Assembly (NCBI RefSeq): GCF_003711565.1
Contig: NC_079534.1
Location: forward strand, 9,653,991-9,717,990
Length of the DNA stretch: 64,000 nt
Reading direction: 5' to 3'
Origin: Takifugu flavidus
Taxonomy: Eukaryota
Position numbers and translations under genes: made by a program. The notes under the pieces were generated by a model. It had not been told where the DNA came from. It saw only the letters and a list, made by a program, of their open reading frames with translations, and did not search any database. How positions within the stretch are numbered: the stretch's first letter is position 1; every line of letters starts with the position of its first letter. Shown in pieces: positions 1 to 11,200 of this stretch.

Positions 1-1075
1 GTGCAAGGAGGAACAGGATGAGCACTGCCAGAGCCCTACAAAATGACCTCCAGCAGGCCACTGGTGTGAATGCTTCTGACCAAACAATCAGAAACGGGCT
101 CCATGAGGGGCTCCCGACGTCCTGTAGTGGGCCCTGTGCTCACAGCCCGGCACCGTAGAGCTCGATTGGCATTTGCCATAGACCACCAGAATTGGCAACT
201 ACGCCACTGGCACCCTGTGCTCTTCACCGATGAGAGCAGGTTCAACCTCAGCACATTCAGCAGATGTGAAAGGGTCTGGAGATGCCGTGGAGAACGTTAT
301 GCTGCCTGCAACATCATTCAGCATGACCGGTTTGGTGGTGGGTCAAGATGGTCTGGGGAGACATATCCCTGGAAGGACACACAGACCTCTACAGGTTAGA
401 TAATGGCACCCTGACTGCTATTAGGTATCGGGATGAAATCCTTGGACCCATTGTCAGAACCTACGCTGGTGCAGTGGGACCTGGGTTCCTCCTGGTCCAC
501 GACACTGCTCGACCTCATGTGGCTAGAGTATGCAGGCAGTTCCTGGAGGATGAAGGAATTGATACCATTGACTGGCGCCCACGTTCACCTGACCTAAACC
601 CAATGGAACAACTCTGGGACATTATGTTTAGGTCCATCCCGTGCCGCCAGGTTGATCCTCAGATTGTCCAGGAGCTCAGTGATGCCCTGATCCAGATCTG
701 GGAGAAGATCCCCCAGGACACCATTCGTCGTCTCATTAGGAGCATGCCCCGACGTTGTCAGGGATGCGTACAAGCACGTGGGGGCCACACAAACTACTGA
801 GAATCATTTTGAGTTGCTACAATGACATTTTGGCAAAATGGACCAGTCTGCTGCATCATTTTTTCACTTTCATTTTTGGGGTGTCTTTGATTTACCCCCT
901 CTATAGGGTGATCATTTTCATTTCTATCAAATTATGTGGCATAATTTTGTTACTAATACATCACCTACTTTTTATCAGGAAAGACATTCAAGATCATTTT
1001 TCCCCCCGTTTAGATCTGATGTGTTTTCGAAGTGTTCCTCTAATTTCTTTGAGCAGTGTTCATATGAAATTAGAA
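1..1075 (+). mobile_element. Tc1/mariner-type DNA transposon copy 1; 5' end cut by window start, right TIR ...gttcctctaatttctttgagcagtg near 1045-1070
   Basis: Transposase ORFs 70-399 and 348-800 (DDE region: HVARVCRQFLEDEGIDTIDWRPRSPDLNPMEQLWD). About 90% identical to the copies at 28441-29451 and 57957-59453, including shared TIR sequence. Confidence 0.85.
70..800 (+). pseudogene. Tc1-like transposase pseudo-ORF, frameshifted near 350-400
   Basis: Two overlapping ORFs in different frames; catalytic-domain motifs of Tc1 transposases; no intact full-length reading frame. Confidence 0.8.
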
Positions 1076-2399
1076 TGGGACCTTCAGATTTTAGGAGTTA
1101 GGGCATCTCAGTTGTCCTTCAATGAGGTTTGATCGATGTTATTCTCTCTCTTGTTCTCAGAGCGGATGTGAACGTTCCCATGGGTCCTGGAATAAAGACG
1201 GGGGTGGGTAAACACAAAACTTACTCGCTCCTTTACAACGAGTTTGTCGTTTACAATCCTGCCCAAATTCGAATGAGGTACCTGCTGCGGATCAACTTCA
1301 ACTACTCCTCGTTGTGGTGAGGCCAGGAAAACCGGTAGCTGTAAAATCTAGAGCTTTTTTGGAAAGGTTGACTTTTAATTTTCAATCTACTCAACTTATG
1401 TACTTGAATTATCAACATAACTAATTTCAGGAGGTACAAAAATAAAGGATCTGTAGGGTTAGTATTTTTTCCAACAATAAGTCAAACAGACCGTTTGACT
1501 TTTATTTTGTGTTGTAAAATTCACAGCCTCCAGTTTTGCTTCGTTATGTGCAGCAAAACCTATGAACACTGTATCCACTGTTTCATTAATAACCTAAAAT
1601 GCTATACAAAAGTAAAAATTCAGAAACCTAATGTCTATGTTTGATAAAGTTATGTAGCTAAAAAGGCAAAGGAAAATAAACGTGTTACAAAAGATAAGCT
1701 TAATGGGGAATGTGTTTATTTTTATAGTGTGTACATATACATACCATAGAGCTGATTGGTATGGTATTGTTTGGAGACTGTAAATGTGTTTGTGTACATA
1801 GTTTTGGATCTGCATAATTCTAAATATTTTTAAAAATTTGATTTATTTCGGAAAATATTTTAATGTTTATGGCTTCCAGCTGATGAAAACCTTTAAATCA
1901 GTGTCGCAGGTATTAGAAAAAAATTTGATTTTTAAGACAGAAATTTTGGGCTGCATCTTGCAAATGAAATGCAACATTTACTTTCATCTGAAAAGGGGAC
2001 TTTGGACAAATGAGCAAACACTCTAGACCTTTTTGTCCTCAGCCAGCTCTGTGATCATTATAGTCCTGATTCATCTGTGTGATGCCTCTTGACGCTCTGA
2101 CTCCAGCTCCAGTCCACTCCCTGTGAATCTCCTCCATGTTCTTGAATGGGCTTTGTCTCACAATCCTCTCAAAGTTGCAGATATCCCTGTTGCTTTTTCA
2201 CCTTTTGCCTCATTTTTTCCTTCCATTTAACTTTTTATTGATTGTTCTTGGATGCAGAACTCAGGGCAGCCAGCTCAATGTCTTTTTGTGTCTTCCCCTC
2301 TTTGTGCAGTATGTCAGCGATCATCTCCTGGACAACTGTCCAGGCAGCAGTCTCGCCTATGATTGTGTTGTCGGCTTCAGAAAATTGAATTTAAAAAAA

Positions 2400-5300
2400 A
2401 AAAATCCAAATAGAATCATTTTCTTCTTCTTTCTTTATTTATATAGCATCTTTTACAATCAAAATTGTTTCTAGGTGCTTTACAGAATCTCAGGGCCTGA
2501 CTCCAAACAAGCAATAGTGGCAAGGAAAAACTTCCCTTTAACAGGAAGAAACCTTGAGCAGGACCAGGCTCATGTAGGGGGACCCTCTTGCTGATGGCCG
2601 GCTGGGTAGAGAGAGAGGAGAAGGGGGAGGAGAGGGAGAGGAGAGAATAGGCATAGATCATAGAAAATACATACAGAAATACTTTATATTAAGTAAAGTA
2701 AGCTGCCGGTAGTCAAGTTGAGTTGGGTCAGCAGGGTCGGAGGTCAGTATGCAGCTCTGAAGGCGGCGATACCTGTAGATGAATACAGAAGGGGGTGGGG
2801 GCAGAAAAGCGACACAAGAAATAACATCACTAGTCTACTTGGTGAGAAGGAGAGGAGAGGAGACCATTTCTCAGTGGAGTGACAGAGGCCTGTCAGGTGA
2901 TCATGTTTCTGGACCCCAGCAGCCTTGGCCTATAGCAGCATAACTAAGATGTTAACCTAATGATTAGACGACCCCCTAAGTATGCTAATTTGTCTGTCTA
3001 TGATAGTAGCTGGGACTACAGAATTATTGACAATAAGCTTTTTCAAAGAGGTAGGTTTTAAGCCTAATCTTAAAAGTAGAGATAGAGTCAGCTGGACAGG
3101 GAGCTGGTTCCACAGCAGGGGGGCCTGGTAGCTAAATGCTCGGCCCCCCATTCTACCTCTAGAGACTCTGGGGACCACAAGTAGACCAGAATTCTGAGAG
3201 CGGAGCTATCTATTGGGCTGGTAAGGTGTCACTAGCTCCTCCATGTATGATGGAGCTAGGTCTCTGAGGACCTTGTAGGTCAGAAGAAGAATTGAAAAAA
3301 TATTCTAAATTTAACAGGCAGCCAATGAAGAGATGCCAGTACAGGAGTAATGTGATCTCTTTTGTCAATACCTGTCAGAACTCTAGCTGCAGCATTTTGG
3401 ATCACCTGGAGGCTTCTTAAAGAGCTGTTTGGACACCCTGATAATAAAGAATTACAATAGTCCAGCCTGGAAGTAACAAATGCATGGACTAACTTTTCAG
3501 CATCATACTGGATATGTAGTTTCCTGATCTTTGTGATGTTCCTCAGGTGAAAATAGGCAATTCTAGAGACTATTTTGATGTGTGAGTTAAAGGACAAATT
3601 TTGATCAAATGTTAATCCAAGATTCTTCACAGAGAGACTAGATGCTAGGGAGATATCATCTAGAGCAGGGGTGGGGAACCTTTTTCATATCGAGGGCCAT
3701 TTCAATTTTTATAAAGTCCTCCGAGGGCCATACTATTACGAACACATACCTAGGGATGCAAAAAAAAGACAAAAAAAAGTCTATAACCACTGTGTTACTA
3801 AGTCTCATGATTGCTGCATTTGAGTTTGAATTATTTATTTAGCACACATGCATATAAAATCACCAAAAAAATAGAATAAAATGACAAACAAGTAAAATAT
3901 GTTTTCATGATCATACAAAACAATAAAAAAAAGAGGTGCAGAGTTGAGGCAAGAGACCCGTACGGGCCTGTTCGAGGCCTCTATTCACAAAAACTGCAAT
4001 ACAACAAGATAATCAAGAAAATAAATTAAAAGAAAGAAAGATAAAGACAATAATAATAACAACTAGAAAGCACTCGGAGAGCGCAGACCTCCGCCAAGCG
4101 CAACAATTCCTGGCATATTGTGATTTCCACCATAAATATTAGTCCCACATATACTTTGACTACATATTTAGATTCCTTGACCATAAAAACATACCGTTAG
4201 CCACTGGAATCATAACAATATATGTCTTAGTTAAGTAGTTATTCACGAAAAAAAATTCACACTTTGAAACAATTTTACGTTGTCCGGCGCGAGCGCCTCA
4301 GCGGCGGCTACGAGGCACGTTCACGTGAGGTTTCAGCTTCGTGGCTATTAATTCACTCATCACAAAACTTGCACGCGTAATATTCTCTCTGTCGGTACAT
4401 GGTCGTGTGAAAGCTGCTTGTTGAACCTCCAAACTCCGACGAAGAGCGTTAATTTTATCCAAACTCATCTGTCCTTTCAACTCGTCGAGTTTAGCGTGTT
4501 TCGCTAAGCATTTTTCGTCCGTGTCAATCAGTTCAGCCCACTACGTACATCACATGCTGTGTTCACTGACCCTGACCTTGACTCGGACATAACATAACCG
4601 TCTGTTTTATCTCAGAAAACGGGAAAATATTTCCTCTTGTTACGAAAGAAATTTGAGGATACGAAAGGCAAAAATACGCTACCGCTGCTACTCGCAGCTC
4701 GCGGAGTTTAGCGAACGGTCCCACTGTATAAGTGCACATATAAAATATAAAAATCTTATTGCGTTGCGGGCCGGTAGAAATGGTCTCGTAGGCCGTATAC
4801 GGCCCGGAGGCCGGGGGTTCCCCACCCCTGATCTAGAGTGATAATGTGATCCTGAGAGGTTCAGGACCAGACACCATGACCTCAGTTTTTCCTGAATTAA
4901 GGAGAAGGAAATTTGAAGACATCCAAGACTTAATGTCTTTAAGACAGGTCTGAAGCTTCACTAACTGCTCTGTCTCCTCTGGTTTCATGGATAAATATAG
5001 CTGAGTGTGTGAGAAGAATTATTGTTGTTATCGTTTAAATGCTATAGTGAGTAGATTTAGAGTGTTTAAGGAATGTTTAAGAAAAGGAATGTATGAGTGT
5101 TTGAATCAAGTATTGAAGCTGTTGTGTACCCAGCACCTGGAGGTACCGTGTTCAAGGACACGAGGAAGTTGTAAAGATAGGAAGAGAAGGAATCGTGAGG
5201 TCAGGTTGACATGATCTTGTGTGCACCAAATAAAAGAGGTGAGCAAGCAGCAGACGAACGGAGTTGAGAGAGGAAGCTTGAACTGCTGCTCAGCTCTCCC

Positions 5301-5650
5301 TTGCAAGGAACTCCTGTTGTTTGCGTGGTTGATCTGAGTCTGGTGAACGAACAGCGCGGGTGACCAAAACATCACCCTCACAAGTGTCATCAACATAACA
5401 ATGAAAATTTATCCCATGCTGCCGAATAATGTTTCCTAAGGGAAGCATGTACAAGGTGAAAAGGATTGGTCCAAGTACAGAACCTTGTGGAACTCCATGG
5501 CTAACCCTACTGTATGGAGAGGAAAAGCCATGGACGTGAGTAAACTGGTATCTATCTGATAAATATGATCTAAACCAGTCTAGTGCTGTCCCTTTAATGC
5601 CAACCACATGTTCCAGTCTCTGTAAAAGGATGCTGTGATCACACATTAAA
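2400..5650 (-). mobile_element. LINE-A, a non-LTR retrotransposon (RT family with C-terminal ...AEKLVHAFVTSRLDYCNSLL...SLHWLPV tail and long 3' UTR). Truncated/rearranged, interrupted by a nested hAT element and a 390-bp insert
   Basis: Minus-strand ORFs 3280-3630 and 2957-3178 (RT C-terminal tail) and 5290-5646 (RT core [10 protein letters not shown]...FHCYVDDT) match the + copy at 46810-49020. Tail at 4839-5000 translates to ...MKPEETEQLVKLQTCLKDIKSW..., like the intact copy. Confidence 0.8.
3666..4830. mobile_element. Non-autonomous hAT-like DNA transposon (MITE-like, 1165 bp). 15-bp TIRs CAGGGGTGGGGAACC / GGTTCCCCACCCCTG, flanked by a perfect 8-bp TSD ATCTAGAG (3658-3665 and 4831-4838)
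   Basis: TIRs and TSD read directly. The empty site is visible in the related LINE copy at 48822-48835 (gatcaCTCTAGATggtatc), confirming insertion into LINE-A. 8-bp TSD and CAG... TIR termini are typical of hAT. No transposase ORF inside. Confidence 0.85.
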
Positions 5651-8600
5651 ACAGTCTCTAGAAGTGCGTTTTTTCACTTGAGAAACATCAGAATCAGAAT
5701 CAGATTTATTGCCATTGTTCATGTAATACACAGTATTACACAAACTTTGTCTTTTGAATTTGTCTTGGTGAGACGCTGCGACATTCAACATAAAGAAGAC
5801 CACACTAGAATAAGATAAATAAAATAAAAATAAGACATATATACAGTATATACATAAATAGTAAGTGGTAAGAGGTAAGTGGTAAGAAATAGTGCAGGTC
5901 AATGCAGGATGTGATGTATTGTTCGTGAGTCCGACTGGCTGCTGTACATGGTGCTTAAGTGATAAGTCACTTGGTGTTCAGCAGCCTGATGGCAGAGGGG
6001 AAGAAGCTGTTCATGTAGCGGGAGGTTTTGGTCCGAATGGACCGTAGTCTCCTGCCTGAGGGGAGGGGGGAAAACAGTCCGTGACCAGGGTGGGAAGGGT
6101 CGGCCGTGATCCGACCTGCACACCTCCGGGTCCTGGAGATATACAGGTCCTGGATGGATGGAAGCCTGCAGCCGATCACCTTCTCGGCAGCGCGCACGAC
6201 GCGCTGCAGCCTCAGTCTGTCCCTGACAGTGGCACCAGCAAACCACACGGTGATGGAGGAGGTGAGGATGGATTCGATGATGGCCGTATAAAACTGCGCC
6301 AACATCCTGGGAGGCAGTTTGAGCTTCCTCAGCTGCCGTAGAAAGAACATCCTTTGCTGGGCCTTCTTGATGAGGGAGCTGATGGTTGGCTCCCACTTAA
6401 GGTCCCGGGTGATGGTGGTGCCCAGGAAGCGGAAGGAGTCCGCGATGGTGATGGGGGCGTCCATGAGGGCAAGGGGGGGCAAAGGGGCTGTGACTTTCCT
6501 GAAGTCCACAGTCATCTCCACTGTCTTCTGAGCGTTCAGCTGCAGGTTGTTGTGTCCGCACCAGGACACCAGTCGAGCCACCTCCCTCCTGTAGGCGGTC
6601 TCATCGCCATTGGAGATGAGCCCGATGAGGGTGGTGTCATCCACAAACCTGATCAGCTTGACAGACTGGTGGCTTGAGGTGCAGCAGTTAGTGTGCAGGG
6701 AGAAGAGGAGGGGGGAAAGTACACAGCCCTGGGGTGATCCGGTGCTGATGGTGACGGAGTCCGAGACAGTCTTCCCCAGCCGCACATACTGCCTCCGATC
6801 CGTCAGGAAGTGAGTGATCCACCTGCAGAGGGAGTCAGGCACACTAAGCTGGGACAGCTTGTCCTGTAGCAGAGCGGGGCGGATGGTGTTGAATGCAGAG
6901 CTGAAGTCCACGAACAGGATCCTCGCGTAGGTTCCCGGGGAGTCCAGATGCTGCAGGATGGAGTGAAGGGCCAGGTTGACCGCGTCGTCCACAGATCTGT
7001 TGGCTCTGTAGGCGAACTGCAGTGGATCCAGGAGGGGGGTGGTGATGGACTTGAGGTGTGGCAGGATCAGGCGCTCTAAGGACTTCATGACTACAGAGGT
7101 GAGTGCCACAGGTCTGTAGTCGTTAAGCCCGGTGATCCGTGGCTTCTTGGGGACAGGGACGATGGTTGAGGTTTTGAGGCAGGCTGGCACCTGGCACGAC
7201 TCCAGGGAGGAGTTGAAGATGTCTGTGAAGACAGGAGTCAGCTCCTCTGCGCAGTGCCTCAGGGTGGAGGGAGACACGCCGTCCGGGCCAGGGGCCTTGC
7301 GCGGGTTCAACCTGGCGAACTGCCTGCGCACATCCTGTTCACTGATGGTGAATGAAGGGGGGGAGGAGGGGGGAACTGGTGGTAAGTGATGGGGGGGGGG
7401 GGACTGATGGTGAGTGGAGGGGGGGGGGGGAGGAGGGGACTGCCTTTGATGGAGTGAGGTCCATGGGGGCAGTGGCACTGGGGGGAGGGGAGGTGTTGGG
7501 CATGGCTGACGAGGTGTCAAAGCGGGCATAGTGGAGGGACAGACTCTGACAAAGGGCTTTGTCGTCCTGACCCTTTGAAGCCTGAGGCCTGTAGTCGGTG
7601 ATCTGCCTCAGGCCTCTCCACACAGAAGCAGAGTCGTTAGCAGTAAACTGCTGCTGAAGTTTCTCCGAATACACAGATTTAGCTCTCCTCAGTTCCTTGC
7701 TAAACCGGTATTTGGCCTCTCTGTAGCAGTCTCTGTCTCCACTTTTCAGCGCTGCTTCCTTTTCTTTCCTGATCTGTCTGAGTCTCGGTGTGAACCAGGG
7801 CTTGTCATTGGAATAACTCACCCTAGTGCGCGTTGGTAGAATGCGCTCCTCACAAAAGTGGATATATGAGGTCACAGTGTCCGTGTACTCATCCAGATCA
7901 TGTGTGGCCCCTTTAAACATGTCCCAGTCAGTTGTATCCAGGCACGTGCGCAGCTCCTCCACAGCCTCACTGGTCCATCTCTTCGTGGTGCTCACGGATG
8001 GTTTTGTTAGTTTAAGTTTCTGTCTGTATGTGGGGATCAGGTGGACCATCACGTGATCAGACAGTCCTAGCGCAGCACGGGGGATGGCCCGATACGCGTC
8101 CTTCACTGTGGTGTAGCAGTGATCCAGCGTGTTCTCTGCTCTGGTGGGGCATTTGATGAACTGTTTGTACCTGGGGAGCTCGTAACTCAGGTTGCTCTGA
8201 TTAAAGTCACCAAGCACGATAACCAGAGCGTCGGGATGGGTCCGCTCCACTTGTTGAATACAGTCCGCGAGCGTGCGCTGAGCCTCGCGCACGTCCGCGT
8301 CTGGCGAGATGTAAACAGAGGCCAGAATGAATGAAGCGAACTCACGCGGAGAATAGAAGGGTCTGCAGTTGATGAAGAGGTATTCCAAAGCAGGAGAACA
8401 GTGCTGAGAGATCACAGTCACATCAGTGCACCAGTCGCTGTTGATGTAGAAGCAGACTCCACCGCCTGCTCTCTTGCCAGAGAGCGCCAGGTCGCGGTCG
8501 GCACGGAACAGCTGGAATCCCTCGAGGAGGAGCGCGCTGTCCGGTGTCTCTTTCCTGAACCAGGTTTCAGTGAAGCAGAGAACACACGAGGTGGAGAAGT

Positions 8601-8990
8601 CTTTAATCCGCATCAGCAACTTCAGCTCGTCCATTTTGTTGCAAAGTGAGTTGGCGTTGGACAGAAAGATCCCAGGCAGCGCCGTGCGCGAGCCTCTCCT
8701 GCGTAGTCTCGCCAGGGCACCGGCCCGTCTTCCTCTCCTCCGCCGTCTCACCTTTTGGGCCAAAAAGTAAACCAGGTCGGCTGCAGGAGCCAGAAAAACT
8801 GGAAGTAAGTCCGTGGGGGTGAGAGTCCTGATGTTTAGTAGCTCTTCACGGGTGTAAGAGCAGGCAGACACACAGTTAACAAACAAAAATAGACAAACAA
8901 GAACGCAGCAAGACACCAAGGCGACCGCTCTGGGCGCCATTTGACAAACATCACAAAGATCAGGAAGCTCCTGATGCGGCATGATGCTGA
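5650..8990 (-). mobile_element. LINE-B, a CR1/L2-clade-like non-LTR retrotransposon with AP endonuclease + RT ORF2, frameshifted
   Basis: Minus ORF 7339-8982 (APE endonuclease: ...LCFTETW...GGGVCFYIN...) and 5967-7529 (RT: YRPVALTSVVMKSLERL...FVDDTTLIGLI..., tail ...SFFPSAIRLLN). 3' UTR 5650-5966 with short tandem repeats. Confidence 0.8.
5967..8982 (-). pseudogene. LINE-B ORF2 (endonuclease + reverse transcriptase), split into two overlapping frames by homopolymer G runs near 7380-7445
   Basis: ORF track: 547-aa EN part and 520-aa RT part overlap in different frames around poly-G tracts. Confidence 0.75.
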
Positions 8991-10070
8991 AAAGTTAGTC
9001 CATGCATTTGTTACTTCCAGGCTGGACTATTGTAATTCTTTATTATCAGGGTGTCCAAACAACTCTTTAAGAAGCCTCCAGCTGATCCAAAATGCTGCAG
9101 CCAGAGTTCTGACAGGTATTGACAAAAGAGATCCCATTACTCCTGTACTGGCGTCTCTTCATTGGCTGCCCGTTAAATTTAGAATAATTTTTAAAACCCT
9201 TCTTTTGACCTACAAGGTCCTCAGAGGCTTAGCTCCATCCTACCTGGAGGAGCTAGTGATACCTTACCAGCCCAATAGACCGCTCCGCTCTCAGAATGCT
9301 GGTCTACTTGTGGTTCCCAGAGTTTAGGAGTAGAATGGGGGTCCGAGCATTTAGCTACCAGGCCCCCCTGCTATGGAACCAGCTCCCTGTCCAGGTACGG
9401 GAGGCTGACTCCATTGCTACTTTTAATATTAGGCTTAAAACCTACCTCTTTGAAAAAGCTTATTGTTACTGATTCTGTAGTTCCAGTTACTATTATAGAC
9501 AGACAAATTAGCATACTTAGGGGGTTGTCTAATCATTAGGCTAACATCTTAGCTGTGCTGTTATAGGCCAAGGCTGCCGGGGTCCGGAAACATGATCACC
9601 TGACAGGCCTCTGTCACCCCACTGGGTCATGGTTTCCTCTCCTCTCCTTTCCTCCTCCTCATCAAGCAGACTAGTTATGCTGATTCTTGTGTAGTTTTTC
9701 TGCTTATCTCCCCCACATCCCTTCTGTATCCATTTACAGGTATCGCCGCCTTCGGAGCTGCATGATGACCTCCGGCCCCACTTTCCCGCTGTATAAATAG
9801 TGTATTTTTGTATGTGTTTCGGTGCTCTGTGCCCGTCCTCTCTCCTTTCCTCTCCGCTCCCTCTCCCTCTCCCTCTCCTCTCTCTCTACCAGCAGGAGGG
9901 TCCCCCTACATGAGCCTGGTCCTGCAAAAGGTTTCTTCCTGTTAAAGGGGAGTTTTTCCTTGCCACTGTTGCTTGTCTGGGGTTCGGCCCGGGGATTCTG
10001 GAAAGCGCCTTGAAACAATTTTGATTGTAAAAGACGCTATATAAATAAAGATTGAGATTGATTGATTAAC
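8941..10070 (+). mobile_element. LINE-A' 3' fragment (+ orientation): RT C-terminal tail + 3' UTR, inverted relative to the copy at 2400-3657
   Basis: ORF 8941-9327 (TNITKIRKL...AEKLVHAFVTSRLDYCNSLLSGCPN...SLHWLPVKFRI...) is near-identical to minus ORF 3280-3630. 9300-9640 matches the reverse complement of 2950-3280. Confidence 0.85.
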
Positions 10071-10079
10071 AAAACAGAC

Positions 10080-11200
10080 GAGCATGTAAAATTCACCCGG
10101 GAAGATGTAAAAGGAAACAGTCTGGCCTTTCTGGACTGTGCAGTCAAGATCACTGAGGACAGAAACCTCACCTCACCAAAAGTCTACAGAAAACTTACAC
10201 ATACCGACCAGTACCTCTAGTTTGACTCTCACCACCCACTGGAACACAAGTTGGGAGTGATCAAAATCCTCCAACACTGTGCCAAAGAAATACCCACCAC
10301 ATCCTAAGGATGGAAGAAGGAGCAGGACCACATTAAGACAGCTCTCATAACATGTGGTTACCCAGACTGGGCCTTCACCAAGACCTCAAAAAAATGAGAC
10401 CCCAGCAAAGAAGAGGAGGAGAGAAACAAATGCTACAGTGTTTCGAGACCCTATCTGTCCGGGGTCTCTGAGAAGTTAAGGAGGATCCTTCAGAAACATG
10501 ACATACCGGTTCAGTTTAAACCAAGCAACACTCTCAGACAGAGGCTGGTATACCTGAAGGACAATGTTGTTTATGCTGTACAGTGCCAGGAGGGATGCAA
10601 GGAACTGTACATTGGTGAAACCAAACAACCTCTTCACAGAAGAATGGCACAACACAGATGTGCCACCTTTTCAGGTCAGGACTCAGCAGTCCACTTACAC
10701 TTAAAGGAGAGTGGGCATTCCTTTGAGGACAGCCAAGTACGGGTACTGGCCAGAGAAGACCGCTGGTTTGAGAGGAATGTCAAGGAAGCCAGCCAGGCCA
10801 AATTGGAAAAACCATCCTTAAACAGAGGTGGTGGGCTAAGGCACTTCCTATCACCCACATACAATGCAGTTCTCCGCTCCTTCCAACAACAAACCAAACA
10901 TTCACACCATTTCAGGAAACCTGGTGACGCACCACCATGTGAGCCAGCAGACAAAGGGGAGACACCTCAACAGAAACTAGGTGAACGACCCTACCAACGA
11001 CTCTCAGGTTACCACCCAGATCATTAGCATGCCAATGGTCCACAAGGGCAATATTTTCAAGCTCTGTCCCCAGCGAGTTCAGAACTCGATAGAAGGTGAA
11101 ATGTCTTCAAAGAGAAGAAATACAGTCCAGTTGACAAAGAAAACTACCTTGGATATTAGCCATGCTTATGTCTATAAATGCCTTTCTGTCAAAACATTGT
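10080..11200 (+). mobile_element. Penelope-like element (PLE) 3' fragment: degenerate RT C-terminus plus GIY-YIG endonuclease domain and 3' tail
   Basis: 10540-10640 encodes ...VVYAVQCQEGCKELYIGETKQPLHRRMAQH (GIY-YIG motif pair). ORF 10644-11027. In-frame stops upstream. Tail 10981-11170 recurs at 38437-38650. Confidence 0.6.

Noticed and set aside
5899-6396. 165-aa minus ORF (MGANHQLPHQEGPAKD…) and plus ORFs 6081-6677
   Set aside because: Alternative-frame ORFs inside the GC-rich LINE-B RT coding region. The RT frame (5967-7529) is the meaningful one.
10644-11027. 127-aa ORF (MAQHRCATFSGQDSAVHLHLKESGHSFEDSQVRVLAREDRWFER…) as a host gene
   Set aside because: Continuation of a degenerate Penelope-like element (GIY-YIG domain just upstream, tail repeated at 38437). 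The M shown is not preceded by a plausible promoter.
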